Source: a virus | Lineage: Duplodnaviria; Heunggongvirae; Uroviricota; Caudoviricetes | Strand: one strand, 5' to 3' | IMG/VR virus record: IMGVR_UViG_3300045988_149737 | Length of the DNA: 64,000 nucleotides | Shown here: piece after piece, positions 29,435-39,235 of the stretch | Layout: each line of letters opens with the position of its first letter | How positions within the stretch are numbered: the stretch's first letter is position 1 | Position numbers and translations under genes: made by a program | Notes under the pieces: generated by a model | Seen by the model: the letters and a program-made list of their open reading frames with translations, nothing else | What the model was told of the DNA's origin: nothing | The model's database searches: none

Positions 29435-30087
29435 TGACCACCGTTAACAATAAGAAATGCTACCCAAGCGAGAAATATCTTAATGAGCTGATCACCAACA
29501 TTGAGTTTGCTGCAAGGGCACCAGTTGAAGTCGTGAGAGCGATTGCAGCAGAGCTACAGAAGCACCGTAAGGCCTATGCCAATACAGCCGCATCTAAGGA
29601 TGGTTGGATAAGCTGTAGTGAGCGAATGCCTGTAATTGGCGAGCTAAATTGGAGAACTAGTTTTCCTTTACTGGTTACGTGTGAGATCGGCGTTATACCT
29701 GCTTATTACGGCTTTGTGAGCGTTAATGGTGATAGGCATTATGGCTTTATGGAGAGTCTTAAATACGGAGACGATAACGGCAACCATCCTCAAACTAATG
29801 AATATGGTCTGATTAGCAATGTCACACACTGGATGCCACTACCAGAACGCCGCAGGAGTCGAACAGTGAATAATGCAGAGTTATTTCAGAAAATATCGGC
29901 TCTCGCGACTGAATGCCACGCTATAGCATCTGAGCTTGATGTTGGCGATGAACGAACCGAGATGTTCGAAATATACAGTGTGCTGCGCAATCTCTGTCGG
30001 CGTGGCTACGCCACTCAAGTAGGGCGAATGACTAACCCACTACTCTCATCCTGTGATGAGGATGATTCGGATGAGGATGACGAATGA
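29434..30087 (+). CDS. hypothetical protein (217 aa) with acidic C-terminal tail
   Basis: ORF; C-terminus DEDDSDEDDE. Confidence 0.5.
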   Translation: MTTVNNKKCYPSEKYLNELITNIEFAARAPVEVVRAIAAELQKHRKAYANTAASKDGWISCSERMPVIGELNWRTSFPLLVTCEIGVIPAYYGFVSVNGDRHYGFMESLKYGDDNGNHPQTNEYGLISNVTHWMPLPERRRSRTVNNAELFQKISALATECHAIASELDVGDERTEMFEIYSVLRNLCRRGYATQVGRMTNPLLSSCDEDDSDEDDE

Positions 30088-30749
30088 TGCATAAATCAGT
30101 AGCCGGTGAGTTTCAGAAGGAAGTCGATAATACTACCGTTCTATTGGACGATATTTTAAGCATTCTCGCGCTTCTTGAGGCTGGCGATTGGTCAGAACAT
30201 TGCACTAAAACAGAGCTAGGCGGTCGGCTTGAAAGAGAGATTACACGACTTATTGGTGATGCGCAGGAAGCTACAGTCACTAGTTATGAGTTAATCGCTG
30301 AAGCCTGGCGTTTGATGGATGGACAAGATCCTAAAACCAGCGATTGGCATAGCAAGGCTTCGAAGTATTTAAATTCCGATAGGGTAGAAAAAGTTGATGA
30401 TGTGAAACCGAAGCCAGTAGACCACGGTTTCCGCGATAACTGCGAATGCTCTAGTTGCCAGACCACGGCCCGTATTTGTTCTGAATTGACAGATAAGTCC
30501 AGCCTAATCTACGAAGTTAATGTAGGCGGTAATACATGGGTCGAATGCACAAGAGCTGCATACGTAAGAGCAAAAGACAAGGGTGAATTAACCAGAGTTG
30601 TTACCAATCACCCAAATAATGAGCTTAAAGATCACCAGATTCGAGAACTGGTGAACGAGTTGAGAGATATTGCGGTTCAGTACCACGGAACGCAGCAATT
30701 GCGGGAGAAGATTGCCAGAGCAGTGAACAACTCAGTCCGTAAAAAATAA
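30084..30749 (+). CDS. hypothetical protein (221 aa)
   Basis: ORF, coupled; hairpin aggccccatgctcttgatggggcct after the stop. Confidence 0.5.
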   Translation: MMHKSVAGEFQKEVDNTTVLLDDILSILALLEAGDWSEHCTKTELGGRLEREITRLIGDAQEATVTSYELIAEAWRLMDGQDPKTSDWHSKASKYLNSDRVEKVDDVKPKPVDHGFRDNCECSSCQTTARICSELTDKSSLIYEVNVGGNTWVECTRAAYVRAKDKGELTRVVTNHPNNELKDHQIRELVNELRDIAVQYHGTQQLREKIARAVNNSVRKK

Positions 30750-31516
30750 GCAATAGTACGATAAAGAGGCCCCATGCTCTTGATGGGGCCTGTAGCAACT
30801 AGCGTTATGGACGCTGGTTTACGTACTCAATGATCGCTTTGATAATCGCGAACATCGGCGGCACGATTTTGAACAGTAAGTTAACCATAACAGGCCTCAC
30901 TTAGTTTTATCGCGCCTAGCTGCAAATACCTTTGGGCTTGCCTTTGCAGTTGCAATATCTGTAGTCGCCAGATACTTACGGCACGATTTCGAGTTAAGGT
31001 AAGGTTTTAGAGTCACCAAAAACCTGGACTTAAATCTTCTTTGAGAACAACGATGTTTAGTAAATGGTCATTATTACCTGGTATGACCACTCAACGCTTC
31101 TTGATGAATCCAGTACATTCGGTTAATCTTAATTCAGTCGCCAGATACTTATGGCTCAGGAACAGAGACGCAAACTCTGTTTCCTTTTAAAAAGCCCAGC
31201 CTAGTCAACTGGGCTTTTTAACGTCTGTTTTTTAACCCAACACACCCTCAATACTGCAACATCAGTGTCTTGCAACCTAAGATAGTGTCTGTAGGTTCTT
31301 CATGCAAGTGCATAACTCAGTGGATAACTCATGAAGGAAAAAGTAGCTTCCGCGCAATTTAGACCAGACAAGGTCTTCGCAAAAGTCAACGGAAAGAGAA
31401 AAATTTGTTAAAAATAACGTTTGTTGGAATTGTATATATTTATGCCTTTCAATAGTTAGCATCTTATTAACATCTTTTTTAAGAGATAGAGTTCAAAAAT
31501 ATATAGCTTCAACATA

Positions 31517-31536
31517 TACTGTATGTATATACAGTG
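31517..31536. promoter_or_regulatory. LexA (SOS) box
   Basis: tactgtatgtatatacagtg matches CTGT-N8-ACAG, 17 nt upstream of the umuD'-like ATG. Confidence 0.7.
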
Positions 31537-31552
31537 TTAAGAGGCGAGTATT

Positions 31553-31942
31553 ATGGGCTTCCCTTCTCCTGCGGCGGATTATGCTGAGAGCCGTATTTCT
31601 CTTGATCAGCAGATAATTAGACATCCTTCAGCGACCTACTTCATGAGGGCAGCTGATAGTCATCATCGTGAGGGAATATTACAGGGTGCATTGCTGGTGG
31701 TCGATTCCTCACTTACCCCGGTTGATGGTTCTCTGCTTGTATGCGCTCTGGATGGGGAATATCGCGTAAAAAGATACCGGAAGTATCCACGTCAGCATCT
31801 GGAGGATTTAAGAACCGGTAAGAAGGAAGCATTGCCAAAGGATGACGATGGATGCACGGGCAGCAATGCCGTGTTTGGTGTGATCACTCACATTATCAAC
31901 GACGCAAGAAGTGGCGAGTTTGATGATTGTCCCGTGATGTAG
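31553..31942 (+). CDS. umuD: UmuD'-like S24 peptidase-family protein lacking the N-terminal pro-segment
   Basis: Begins MGFPSPAADY, matching the UmuD region immediately after its Cys24-Gly25 autocleavage site; conserved Ser (AADSH) and Lys (RVKRYRK) at catalytic positions; in-frame stop 15 nt upstream excludes a longer N-terminus. Confidence 0.7.
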   Translation: MGFPSPAADYAESRISLDQQIIRHPSATYFMRAADSHHREGILQGALLVVDSSLTPVDGSLLVCALDGEYRVKRYRKYPRQHLEDLRTGKKEALPKDDDGCTGSNAVFGVITHIINDARSGEFDDCPVM

Positions 31943-31951
31943 GAGAACTGA

Positions 31952-31979
31952 TTAGGCGGTGCATTGCACCGCCTTTTTA
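31952..31979. terminator. Bidirectional terminator shared by umuD'-like and apbC
   Basis: aggcggtgcattgcaccgcct hairpin followed by ttttt. Confidence 0.55.
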
Positions 31980-33080
31980 TCACACTGCGCGGAATGCGAT
32001 TTCGCCAGGTATTACTTCACCTTGCCAATACATTTGGGCAGCAACGCGATCTGCGAGGTCACGATAAATAGCCGTAAATTCGCTATCTGGACGACTAATA
32101 ACGGTTGGTGTTCCGTTATCCAGATCTTCACGAAGTGAGATATGAAGTGGCATTTGGCCTAACAACAGCGTGTTGTATTTCTCGGCCAGTTTCTGTGCGC
32201 CACCAGTGCCAAAAATTGGCTCGTGATGACCGCAGTTACTGCAAATATGCACACTCATGTTTTCGACGATACCCAGTACCGGCACTTCGACTTTTTCGAA
32301 CATCACAATGCCTTTCTTCGCATCGATCAGCGCGATGTCTTGCGGCGTAGTTACCACAACCGCACCAGTTACAGGAATGTTCTGCGCCAGCGTCAACTGA
32401 ATATCACCAGTGCCCGGCGGCATATCGAGAACGAGATAGTCCAGATCAGGCCACAGTGTTTCTTGCAACATTTGCATCAACGCCTTGCTCGCCATAGGGC
32501 CACGCCACACCATCGCGTTGTCGTCAGTGACCAGATAACCAATTGAATTGGTTGCCAGGCCATGAGACATAATAGGTGCCATGTGAGTACCGTCTGGTGA
32601 GGTTGGACGTTGGTTTTCCGCGCCCAGCATGGTTGGAATTGATGGCCCGTAGATATCGGCATCAAGAATGCCAACTTTCGCACCTTCAGCGGCTAACGCC
32701 AGCGCAAGGTTTACCGCCGTGGAAGATTTACCTACCCCACCCTTGCCTGAGCTGACGGCGATAATGTTCTTAACGCCATTAATGCCTGGTTGGTTTTTAA
32801 CGCGCTTCAGCGTGGCAATGTTGTGAGACAGCTTCCAGTCGATAGCCTTTGCACCAGTGATACGGAGCAGATCACCACTACATTGCTCTTTCAGGTCTTC
32901 AAAAGGCTTATTCCACACGAAAGGCATGATTAGTTCGACATGCAGTGTGTCATCCATCAACGCAACATGGTGTAACGCTTTAAGCGTAGTCAGGTTGTGT
33001 TTCAGGGTTGGGTGCTGAAAATTAGCCAGCGTACCGGCTACCATTGCTCTCAGGGCATCCGGCGATTTGGACTCGCTCAT
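31980..33080 (-). CDS. apbC: Fe-S cluster carrier ATPase ApbC/Mrp
   Basis: Full-length match by eye to enterobacterial ApbC/Mrp (deviant Walker A SGKGGVGKS, CxxC motif ICSNCGH). Confidence 0.9.
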   Translation of the reverse strand: MSESKSPDALRAMVAGTLANFQHPTLKHNLTTLKALHHVALMDDTLHVELIMPFVWNKPFEDLKEQCSGDLLRITGAKAIDWKLSHNIATLKRVKNQPGINGVKNIIAVSSGKGGVGKSSTAVNLALALAAEGAKVGILDADIYGPSIPTMLGAENQRPTSPDGTHMAPIMSHGLATNSIGYLVTDDNAMVWRGPMASKALMQMLQETLWPDLDYLVLDMPPGTGDIQLTLAQNIPVTGAVVVTTPQDIALIDAKKGIVMFEKVEVPVLGIVENMSVHICSNCGHHEPIFGTGGAQKLAEKYNTLLLGQMPLHISLREDLDNGTPTVISRPDSEFTAIYRDLADRVAAQMYWQGEVIPGEIAFRAV

Positions 33081-33237
33081 CCCGTCTCCTTTATTTTAAT
33101 TTGCGCAATTGTCGCCTTGTAGTGTACTCCAGCTACGACATTTAATCATTTATGAGAAATGCTGTTATCACATGGCAGACATAAGGCCATTTTGTTACTA
33201 TCAAGCCCCTTTTCACTACAAAGAAGTAATGCCTACT

Positions 33238-35271
33238 ATGACCCAAGTCGCGAAGAAAATTCTGGTGACGTGCGCGCTGCCGTACGCTAACGGCTCAATC
33301 CACCTCGGCCATATGCTGGAGCACATCCAGGCTGATGTCTGGGTTCGTTACCAGCGAATGCGCGGCCACGAGGTTAATTTCATCTGTGCCGACGATGCCC
33401 ACGGTACGCCGATCATGCTGAAAGCACAGCAGCTTGGTATCACACCGGAGCAGATGATTGGCGAAATGAGTCAGGAACACCAGACTGATTTCGCAGGCTT
33501 TAACATCAGCTATGACAACTATCACTCGACGCACAGCGAAGAGAACCGTCAGTTGTCTGAGCTTATCTATACTCGCCTGAAAGAGAACGGTTTTATTAAA
33601 AACCGCACTATCTCTCAGTTGTACGACCCGGAAAAAGGCATGTTCCTGCCGGATCGTTTTGTAAAAGGCACCTGCCCGAAATGTAAAGCGCCAGATCAAT
33701 ACGGCGATAACTGTGAAGTCTGCGGCGCAACATATAGCCCGACTGAATTGATCGAGCCGAAATCGGTGGTTTCTGGCGCTACCCCGGTAATGCGTGATTC
33801 CGAACACTTCTTCTTTGATCTGCCTTCTTTCAGCGAAATGCTGCAGGCATGGACCCGCAGCGGCGCGTTGCAGGAGCAGGTGGCGAACAAAATGCAGGAA
33901 TGGTTTGAATCCGGCCTGCAACAGTGGGATATCTCCCGCGATGCGCCTTACTTCGGTTTTGAAATTCCGAACGCGCCGGGCAAATATTTCTACGTCTGGC
34001 TGGACGCGCCGATTGGCTACATGGGTTCCTTCAAGAATCTGTGCGACAAGCGCGGCGATACCACCAGCTTCGATGAATACTGGAAGAAAGACTCCACCGC
34101 CGAGCTGTACCACTTCATCGGTAAAGATATTGTTTACTTCCACAGCCTGTTCTGGCCTGCCATGCTGGAAGGCAGCAACTTCCGCAAGCCGACCAACCTG
34201 TTTGTTCATGGCTATGTGACGGTGAACGGCGCGAAGATGTCCAAGTCTCGCGGCACGTTCATTAAAGCCAGCACCTGGCTGAATCATTTTGACGCTGATA
34301 GCTTGCGCTACTACTACACCGCGAAACTCTCTTCGCGCATCGATGATATCGACCTGAACCTGGAAGATTTCGTTCAGCGCGTGAATGCCGATATCGTCAA
34401 CAAAGTGGTTAACCTGGCCTCCCGTAATGCAGGCTTTATCAACAAGCGTTTTGACGGCGTGCTGGCAAGCGAACTGGCTGACCCTGAACTGTACAAAACC
34501 TTTACCGATGCCGCTGAAGTGATTGGCGAAGCATGGGAAAGCCGCGAATTTGGTAAAGCTATCCGTGAAATCATGGCATTGGCTGACCTGGCTAACCGCT
34601 ATGTCGATGAACAGGCTCCGTGGGTGGTGGCGAAGCAGGAAGGTCGCGATGCCGATCTGCAAGCGATTTGCTCTATGGGCATTAACCTGTTCCGCGTGCT
34701 GATGACGTACCTGAAACCGGTACTGCCGAAACTGACTGAACGTGCGGAAGCGTTCCTGAATACGGAACTGACCTGGGATGGTATCCAGCAACCGCTGCTG
34801 GCACATAAAGTGAATCCGTTCAAAGCACTGTATAACCGCATCGACATGAAGCAGGTTGAAGCACTGGTGGAAGCATCCAAAGAAGAAGTGAAAGCCACCG
34901 CCGCGCCAGTTACTGGCCCGCTGGCTGATGATCCGATTCAGGAAACCATCACCTTTGACGACTTCGCCAAAGTTGACCTGCGTGTGGCACTGATTGAAAA
35001 CGCGGAGTTTGTTGAAGGCTCTGACAAACTGCTGCGTCTGACACTGGATCTCGGTGGTGAAAAGCGTAATGTCTTCTCCGGCATCCGTTCTGCTTATCCA
35101 GACCCACAGGCACTGATTGGTCGTCACACCATTATGGTGGCTAACCTGGCTCCGCGTAAAATGCGCTTCGGTATCTCCGAAGGCATGGTGATGGCTGCTG
35201 GCCCTGGCGGAAAAGACATCTTCCTGTTAAGCCCGGATGCCGGTGCTAAACCAGGCCACCAAGTTAAGTAA
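33238..35271 (+). CDS. metG: Methionine--tRNA ligase
   Basis: 677 aa from [26 protein letters not shown] (HIGH motif), KMSKS motif present, zinc-binding CPKC...CEVC; start moved from upstream ATG to canonical MTQ. Confidence 0.9.
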   Translation: MTQVAKKILVTCALPYANGSIHLGHMLEHIQADVWVRYQRMRGHEVNFICADDAHGTPIMLKAQQLGITPEQMIGEMSQEHQTDFAGFNISYDNYHSTHSEENRQLSELIYTRLKENGFIKNRTISQLYDPEKGMFLPDRFVKGTCPKCKAPDQYGDNCEVCGATYSPTELIEPKSVVSGATPVMRDSEHFFFDLPSFSEMLQAWTRSGALQEQVANKMQEWFESGLQQWDISRDAPYFGFEIPNAPGKYFYVWLDAPIGYMGSFKNLCDKRGDTTSFDEYWKKDSTAELYHFIGKDIVYFHSLFWPAMLEGSNFRKPTNLFVHGYVTVNGAKMSKSRGTFIKASTWLNHFDADSLRYYYTAKLSSRIDDIDLNLEDFVQRVNADIVNKVVNLASRNAGFINKRFDGVLASELADPELYKTFTDAAEVIGEAWESREFGKAIREIMALADLANRYVDEQAPWVVAKQEGRDADLQAICSMGINLFRVLMTYLKPVLPKLTERAEAFLNTELTWDGIQQPLLAHKVNPFKALYNRIDMKQVEALVEASKEEVKATAAPVTGPLADDPIQETITFDDFAKVDLRVALIENAEFVEGSDKLLRLTLDLGGEKRNVFSGIRSAYPDPQALIGRHTIMVANLAPRKMRFGISEGMVMAAGPGGKDIFLLSPDAGAKPGHQVK

Positions 35272-35290
35272 CTAAACAATCATTCTTCAC

Positions 35291-35318
35291 AATGCCCGGC
35301 AACACGCTGGGCATTTTC
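35291..35318 (+). terminator. Rho-independent terminator after metG
   Basis: atgcccggcaacacgctgggcat followed by tttcat. Confidence 0.5.
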
Positions 35319-35424
35319 ATATAGACACAATCCCTCCTGATTTACACAATCCCTAAAACAATTTGTTTTCTACCTTTTGTTGATTGAGATAATAAGCCAC
35401 ATAAGAAAACAAATTGTTTAGGAG

Positions 35425-35673
35425 ATGAAGATGTTTGGAACAGCAAAAGAAATCATCGAGAAACTGAAAAACTATCCAGAAGACGAACCCTTACTCATGG
35501 TTATGTGGCACAAAGAAGATATTGCTGAAGTAAGGACAGATCTCACTGATGAACAATGCGTACAGGTGATGCAAAAAATCAGACAATGCCATAACGCTGA
35601 TGTCGGCGTTAATTGGGAGGTTATATCCACTACGGCGAATGAGTTGTTTCCAAACGGGGAGAGGGGATGTTAA
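35425..35673 (+). CDS. hypothetical small early protein (82 aa)
   Basis: Preceded by two AAACAA-N-TTGTTT elements and a ggag RBS. Confidence 0.5.
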   Translation: MKMFGTAKEIIEKLKNYPEDEPLLMVMWHKEDIAEVRTDLTDEQCVQVMQKIRQCHNADVGVNWEVISTTANELFPNGERGC

Positions 35674-35966
35674 ATATTACTCAATCCTACCAGGTGGCAT
35701 TGATCAGTTCATCTCATACATCAGAGGAAGATGCTCGCCGATTCATGATCGCAAGCAATGAGCTGGATTGGGTTTCACAAATTGAGTACGGTTGCATAGT
35801 TCACGCCGGGTTACAGGACGATGACTGGAAAGATAACTTGCGTCGATATGGTATATCCGAGGGCGCGATTTCGAACATTCAGAAGGTACTTGATGTAGGC
35901 TTTGACTCTGTACATTTTGATTGTGGCGCACCGGTCGTTGAAGGGCTTGAGTGCTGGAACTGGTAA
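35667..35966 (+). CDS. hypothetical protein (99 aa)
   Basis: Overlapping coupled ORF. Confidence 0.45.
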   Translation: MLNITQSYQVALISSSHTSEEDARRFMIASNELDWVSQIEYGCIVHAGLQDDDWKDNLRRYGISEGAISNIQKVLDVGFDSVHFDCGAPVVEGLECWNW

Positions 35967-36104
35967 ATCTGAAAACATATTCAAACCGTTGATAATGGCG
36001 GTCACAATTTGATTCTTTTCTATAAGAATCCGTTGATCGCCACTACCCCCATTCCATACCCGCAATCACATCCTTAAATTTCAATAAGTTATAGTTGTTT
36101 ATAC

Positions 36105-36985
36105 AATCAAGAAAACAACTGAATAACAGATCAACGAAACATCAACGCTTTCACCCGATTTGGTCTAAAAAATTGACGTTTTCACACATCACTGCTTATA
36201 CCCGTAATCCCACGCAGCAGATAGCGCCACAGCGTCCAAATTTCACCACAGACGACCCAACACACTACCAACAAAAACACACGCTCAAAATCGCTCTCGT
36301 TGCGTTACACAACCATATAAACAACTTATTTTCAGGCATAACAAAACAACTAAATAACACATGTGCCATTACCAAAAACAACCAACCTCTTTATGGCAGG
36401 CTACCGAAAAGACCCACCTCTTCTTCCCAGGCTACCGGACAACCAACCTAACTTTCACAGGCAATCCGAAAACATTCATACGCGCGATACCCACGACACG
36501 CCATTCCCCAAACAGCGAAGAAACACCAGAATCACTGAAACCCCAACGAAGCCTGTAACCGCAAGGATTCTCTCAATCCCAAAAGACACGAAACAGAACA
36601 ATCACGGGAAACGCCATTACCCAATACACGAATAACTACAAAAGCCTTTCACACACTCCAGACAAACAACTCAAACACAATAACGAAAGGAATCGCCCAC
36701 CTGCCATTACTCCATACACGGAGAAGAACAATCACCAAAACGACGAGAACACCCCATAGAAGAACCACTGCAAAACGAACGAAACCACATACACCGACAG
36801 AGAGAACAACACACCCAATTCACCAACAGAAATAGTCGCCGTATAGAACATTCTGGAAGGAGTGAGCATTAACGCCTATAGAGAGGTTGAAACAGATAAA
36901 ACACGAAGAAAACACAACATGTATAGCGAAGAAGCCAGGTATGTATAAGTGGGGAGGGAAGGAGGGGTGTCGCCTCCTTTTTCGT
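36105..36985 (+). ncRNA. Candidate long A+C-rich, G-poor non-coding RNA
   Basis: About 780 nt where the + strand is roughly 75-80 percent A+C (by eye); promoter-like motif at about 36070-36115 upstream and a terminator hairpin aaggaggggtgtcgcctcc plus ttttt at about 36950-36985; no minus-strand ORFs. Confidence 0.25.
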
Positions 36986-37039
36986 ATTTATTCAACTCCT
37001 GATTTTATCCCCCGTAACACCCCTACGGTCAGCCTTCGG

Positions 37040-37190
37040 TCCATACAGGGAAAAGGCTGCATCCCGCTACAGAAACGGCTGGGTTGCCTTCGGGGAACGG
37101 CTGGAGGTTTTCAGGGAAACGGTCGAGTTGCCTGTGTGGATTTCGGGAAAAGGCTCGATGCCGGTTCAGGAACGGCGGCGTACCGGTATA
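37040..37190. repeat. Array of about 6 direct repeats, consensus CAGGGAAACGGCT, at about 22-bp spacing
   Basis: cagggaaaaggctg, cagaaacggctg, cggggaacggctg, cagggaaacggtcg, cgggaaaaggctcg, caggaacggcgg. Confidence 0.5.
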
Positions 37191-37559
37191 GCGTGAGGGA
37201 GAGTTGCGGCTACCCACCTGTAATGTGCGGGAAGAAGAGAGGCGCTAACGTGCAGGCGAACTTACTTACCGCTGGATTCCCTCTGAATGCCCAACTACAG
37301 CGTAATTGTGCCAGACAGCCAACGGGTCACAATCGATTTCAGTAGGTTTTCGGGGAGAGGATTATTCTGCCCACCAGCCACTTTCGGCCACCAAATCAGA
37401 ATAATGTAAAAAGTGTACTCGGTACTGAACCTGAAAACTCACTGCCAAAACAACATTCACCGGAATAAAATCCTTTTTCGCCTTTGCGTTATTGCGATAA
37501 TAACGCCAACAAGAAAACAACATATTTAGACGTTGTAGAAACGAAGTGAGGATGAAGAG

Positions 37560-37778
37560 ATGATTAAGATGCCTGTGACGGTTGAGGTGTGGGGCGTGGA
37601 TTCCCTGGCTGAGTGTCTGGATGCAGTGGGGCCGGAGTTGTACCGCAAGTTGTGGTCGTTCGTCCCGGCAGAAGGGGAATCGCCCAAAGGGAAGGATATC
37701 TGGCACCTGCTGAGTGAAGATGAAAAGCGGGAGCTGGTGGGCGCGGTACACAGCGAGTTCCCGGACGACGAAGATTAA
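37560..37778 (+). CDS. hypothetical small early protein (72 aa)
   Basis: gagg RBS; followed by terminator aggccaccagcacggtggct plus tttt. Confidence 0.5.
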   Translation: MIKMPVTVEVWGVDSLAECLDAVGPELYRKLWSFVPAEGESPKGKDIWHLLSEDEKRELVGAVHSEFPDDED

Positions 37779-37917
37779 GAGTGAGGCCACCAGCACGGTG
37801 GCTTTTGTCGCTATTAACCTCCGGGGCAGCGCAGCACCGTAACGATATACTTTGTGGCCGTTTTCTTACTGGTATTGTTTACGCAATTCAGAAAACATGT
37901 TGTTTAAGGATTGCTTT

Positions 37918-38247
37918 ATGTTTGCAAATATCGACATCAACCAAATCAAGAAATTAACTCAAAAAGAGTTTGATCAGTTTTATGAGTTAGAAGGTTGGTC
38001 TTCCACTCTGATCAATTCGCGGTGGGTGCTTGAGCTGATGACTCGTGATGACGCACCTGCTTTGATGATTTGCGACATGGGTGAAGATGCTGACTTTATG
38101 GATATGAGCGAATTTTGTGTGGACACATACAACCGCAGCCAGAAGTACTACTTCACATGCGATAGCGAAAATGACGTGATTTCTAAGGTCTATCTTCACC
38201 TCGTCCAGCATTGGGACGTTCAGGAGTTTCTTGAGGTATTCGCGTAA
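37918..38247 (+). CDS. hypothetical small early protein (109 aa)
   Basis: Start moved downstream of the promoter motif; terminator aagccagcattgctggctt follows. Confidence 0.5.
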   Translation: MFANIDINQIKKLTQKEFDQFYELEGWSSTLINSRWVLELMTRDDAPALMICDMGEDADFMDMSEFCVDTYNRSQKYYFTCDSENDVISKVYLHLVQHWDVQEFLEVFA

Positions 38248-38375
38248 TCCCAACCAAAGCCAGCATTGCTGGCTTAACTTAATCTGTAGCCGCAGGGAAG
38301 AACCTGCATATCGCTCATGCGCCTGATCAATATGCTTTGTAGCCGTTTTCTTACTGGTATTATTTACGCCATTGA

Positions 38376-38391
38376 GAAAACAAGTTGTTTA
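38376..38391. promoter_or_regulatory. AAACAA-N-TTGTTT element (approximate)
   Basis: gagaaaacaagttgtttacgg about 12 nt upstream of the ATG at 38402. Confidence 0.45.
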
Positions 38392-38401
38392 CGGAGTTGT
38401 G

Positions 38402-38713
38402 ATGAAAAGTTCATTGGTTCTTGGTCTGGACAAAGACCAGAAGAGAAAAGAGAAGCCTGCACTGGTTGCTCAACTAACTTTGCTGGACATCGTTGCCAAT
38501 GGAACATCTATTCGTCTGTTCCGTGAAACAGCGGTGTCTTTCGATAAAAACACCTTTACTCGTTATGTAATGAATGTTCGCCGCCAGCGTGGAAAAGGCT
38601 GGATGGCGTTTCAAAGAATGTGGCCGGAACATCAGCTCGAACTGGCCTTGATGGAAGTTAACCGCGTGGCCCAGCAAGAGATTCAGAGAGCATCAGTGAT
38701 GGCAATAGCCTGA
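38402..38713 (+). CDS. hypothetical small early protein (103 aa)
   Basis: ATG downstream of motif. Confidence 0.5.
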   Translation: MKSSLVLGLDKDQKRKEKPALVAQLTLLDIVANGTSIRLFRETAVSFDKNTFTRYVMNVRRQRGKGWMAFQRMWPEHQLELALMEVNRVAQQEIQRASVMAIA

Positions 38714-38747
38714 TAATGTGCAAGTGGTAATTAGTCGACAGTACGAC

Positions 38748-38778
38748 AGCCCCGCCATCCTTACGGGGCTTTTTTGTT
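38748..38778 (+). terminator. Rho-independent terminator
   Basis: agccccgccatccttacggggct followed by tttttgtttt. Confidence 0.6.
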
Positions 38779-38839
38779 TTGTAAGTACATACTTACGATC
38801 ATAGAATATAAAAATAACCAATACACTACGGAGAGTGAA

Positions 38840-39235
38840 ATGACCGTTAAACGCGAAAAACTGACAGTTGATGTTTACTATGCCTCTGAAACCGCCGAAG
38901 GTAAGAATGTGGCAAAAATCACCGTTGTTACGTACAACACCGAAACTGGTGCCGAAGTACAGGCCAGTACGATCGTGCGTAAAGGTGATGCCTCCGGCGG
39001 CGAGTACGCGACTCAATACCAGTCCATTCTCGATGCAACTGACCCGCTGCTGCTGAAAATCGAGAACTACTTCCGCCAGGTTGATGAAGAGGTGTTTGAA
39101 ACCATGATGAATATGGTTAATTCCGTATTCGCCTCCAGCCTGAACACCAGCACCACCTGGATTGGCCAGTACGGTCTGCGTATTACCTCCGGCATTCCTG
39201 CTGATACCTTAATCCCTGAAAGCGTATTCGCTTAA
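38840..39235 (+). CDS. hypothetical protein (131 aa)
   Basis: Start at ATG with ggagagtg RBS, downstream of the terminator; terminator aatggcgcgtaaaccgcgccatttt follows. Confidence 0.5.
   Translation: MTVKREKLTVDVYYASETAEGKNVAKITVVTYNTETGAEVQASTIVRKGDASGGEYATQYQSILDATDPLLLKIENYFRQVDEEVFETMMNMVNSVFASSLNTSTTWIGQYGLRITSGIPADTLIPESVFA

Noticed and set aside
20240-31550. tRNA genes in non-coding stretches (20240-20820, 30750-31550, 36000-37500, 41050-41650)
   Set aside because: Could not find any cloverleaf with a GTTCGAATC-type T-loop and matching acceptor stem by eye; a tRNAscan/Aragorn run is needed to be definitive.
33295-35127. 610-aa minus-strand ORF
   Set aside because: Entirely antisense to metG, which is a confident call.
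36095-36635. Plus-strand ORFs 36095-36451, 36361-36558 and 36363-36635 inside the A+C-rich tract
   Set aside because: Translations are low-complexity (Pro/Thr/Asn/Gln/His-rich); open frames arise because G/T depletion removes stop codons; no RBS.
37362-37796. 144-aa minus-strand ORF
   Set aside because: Antisense to early ORF 37560-37778 and its promoter motif; no supporting signals.
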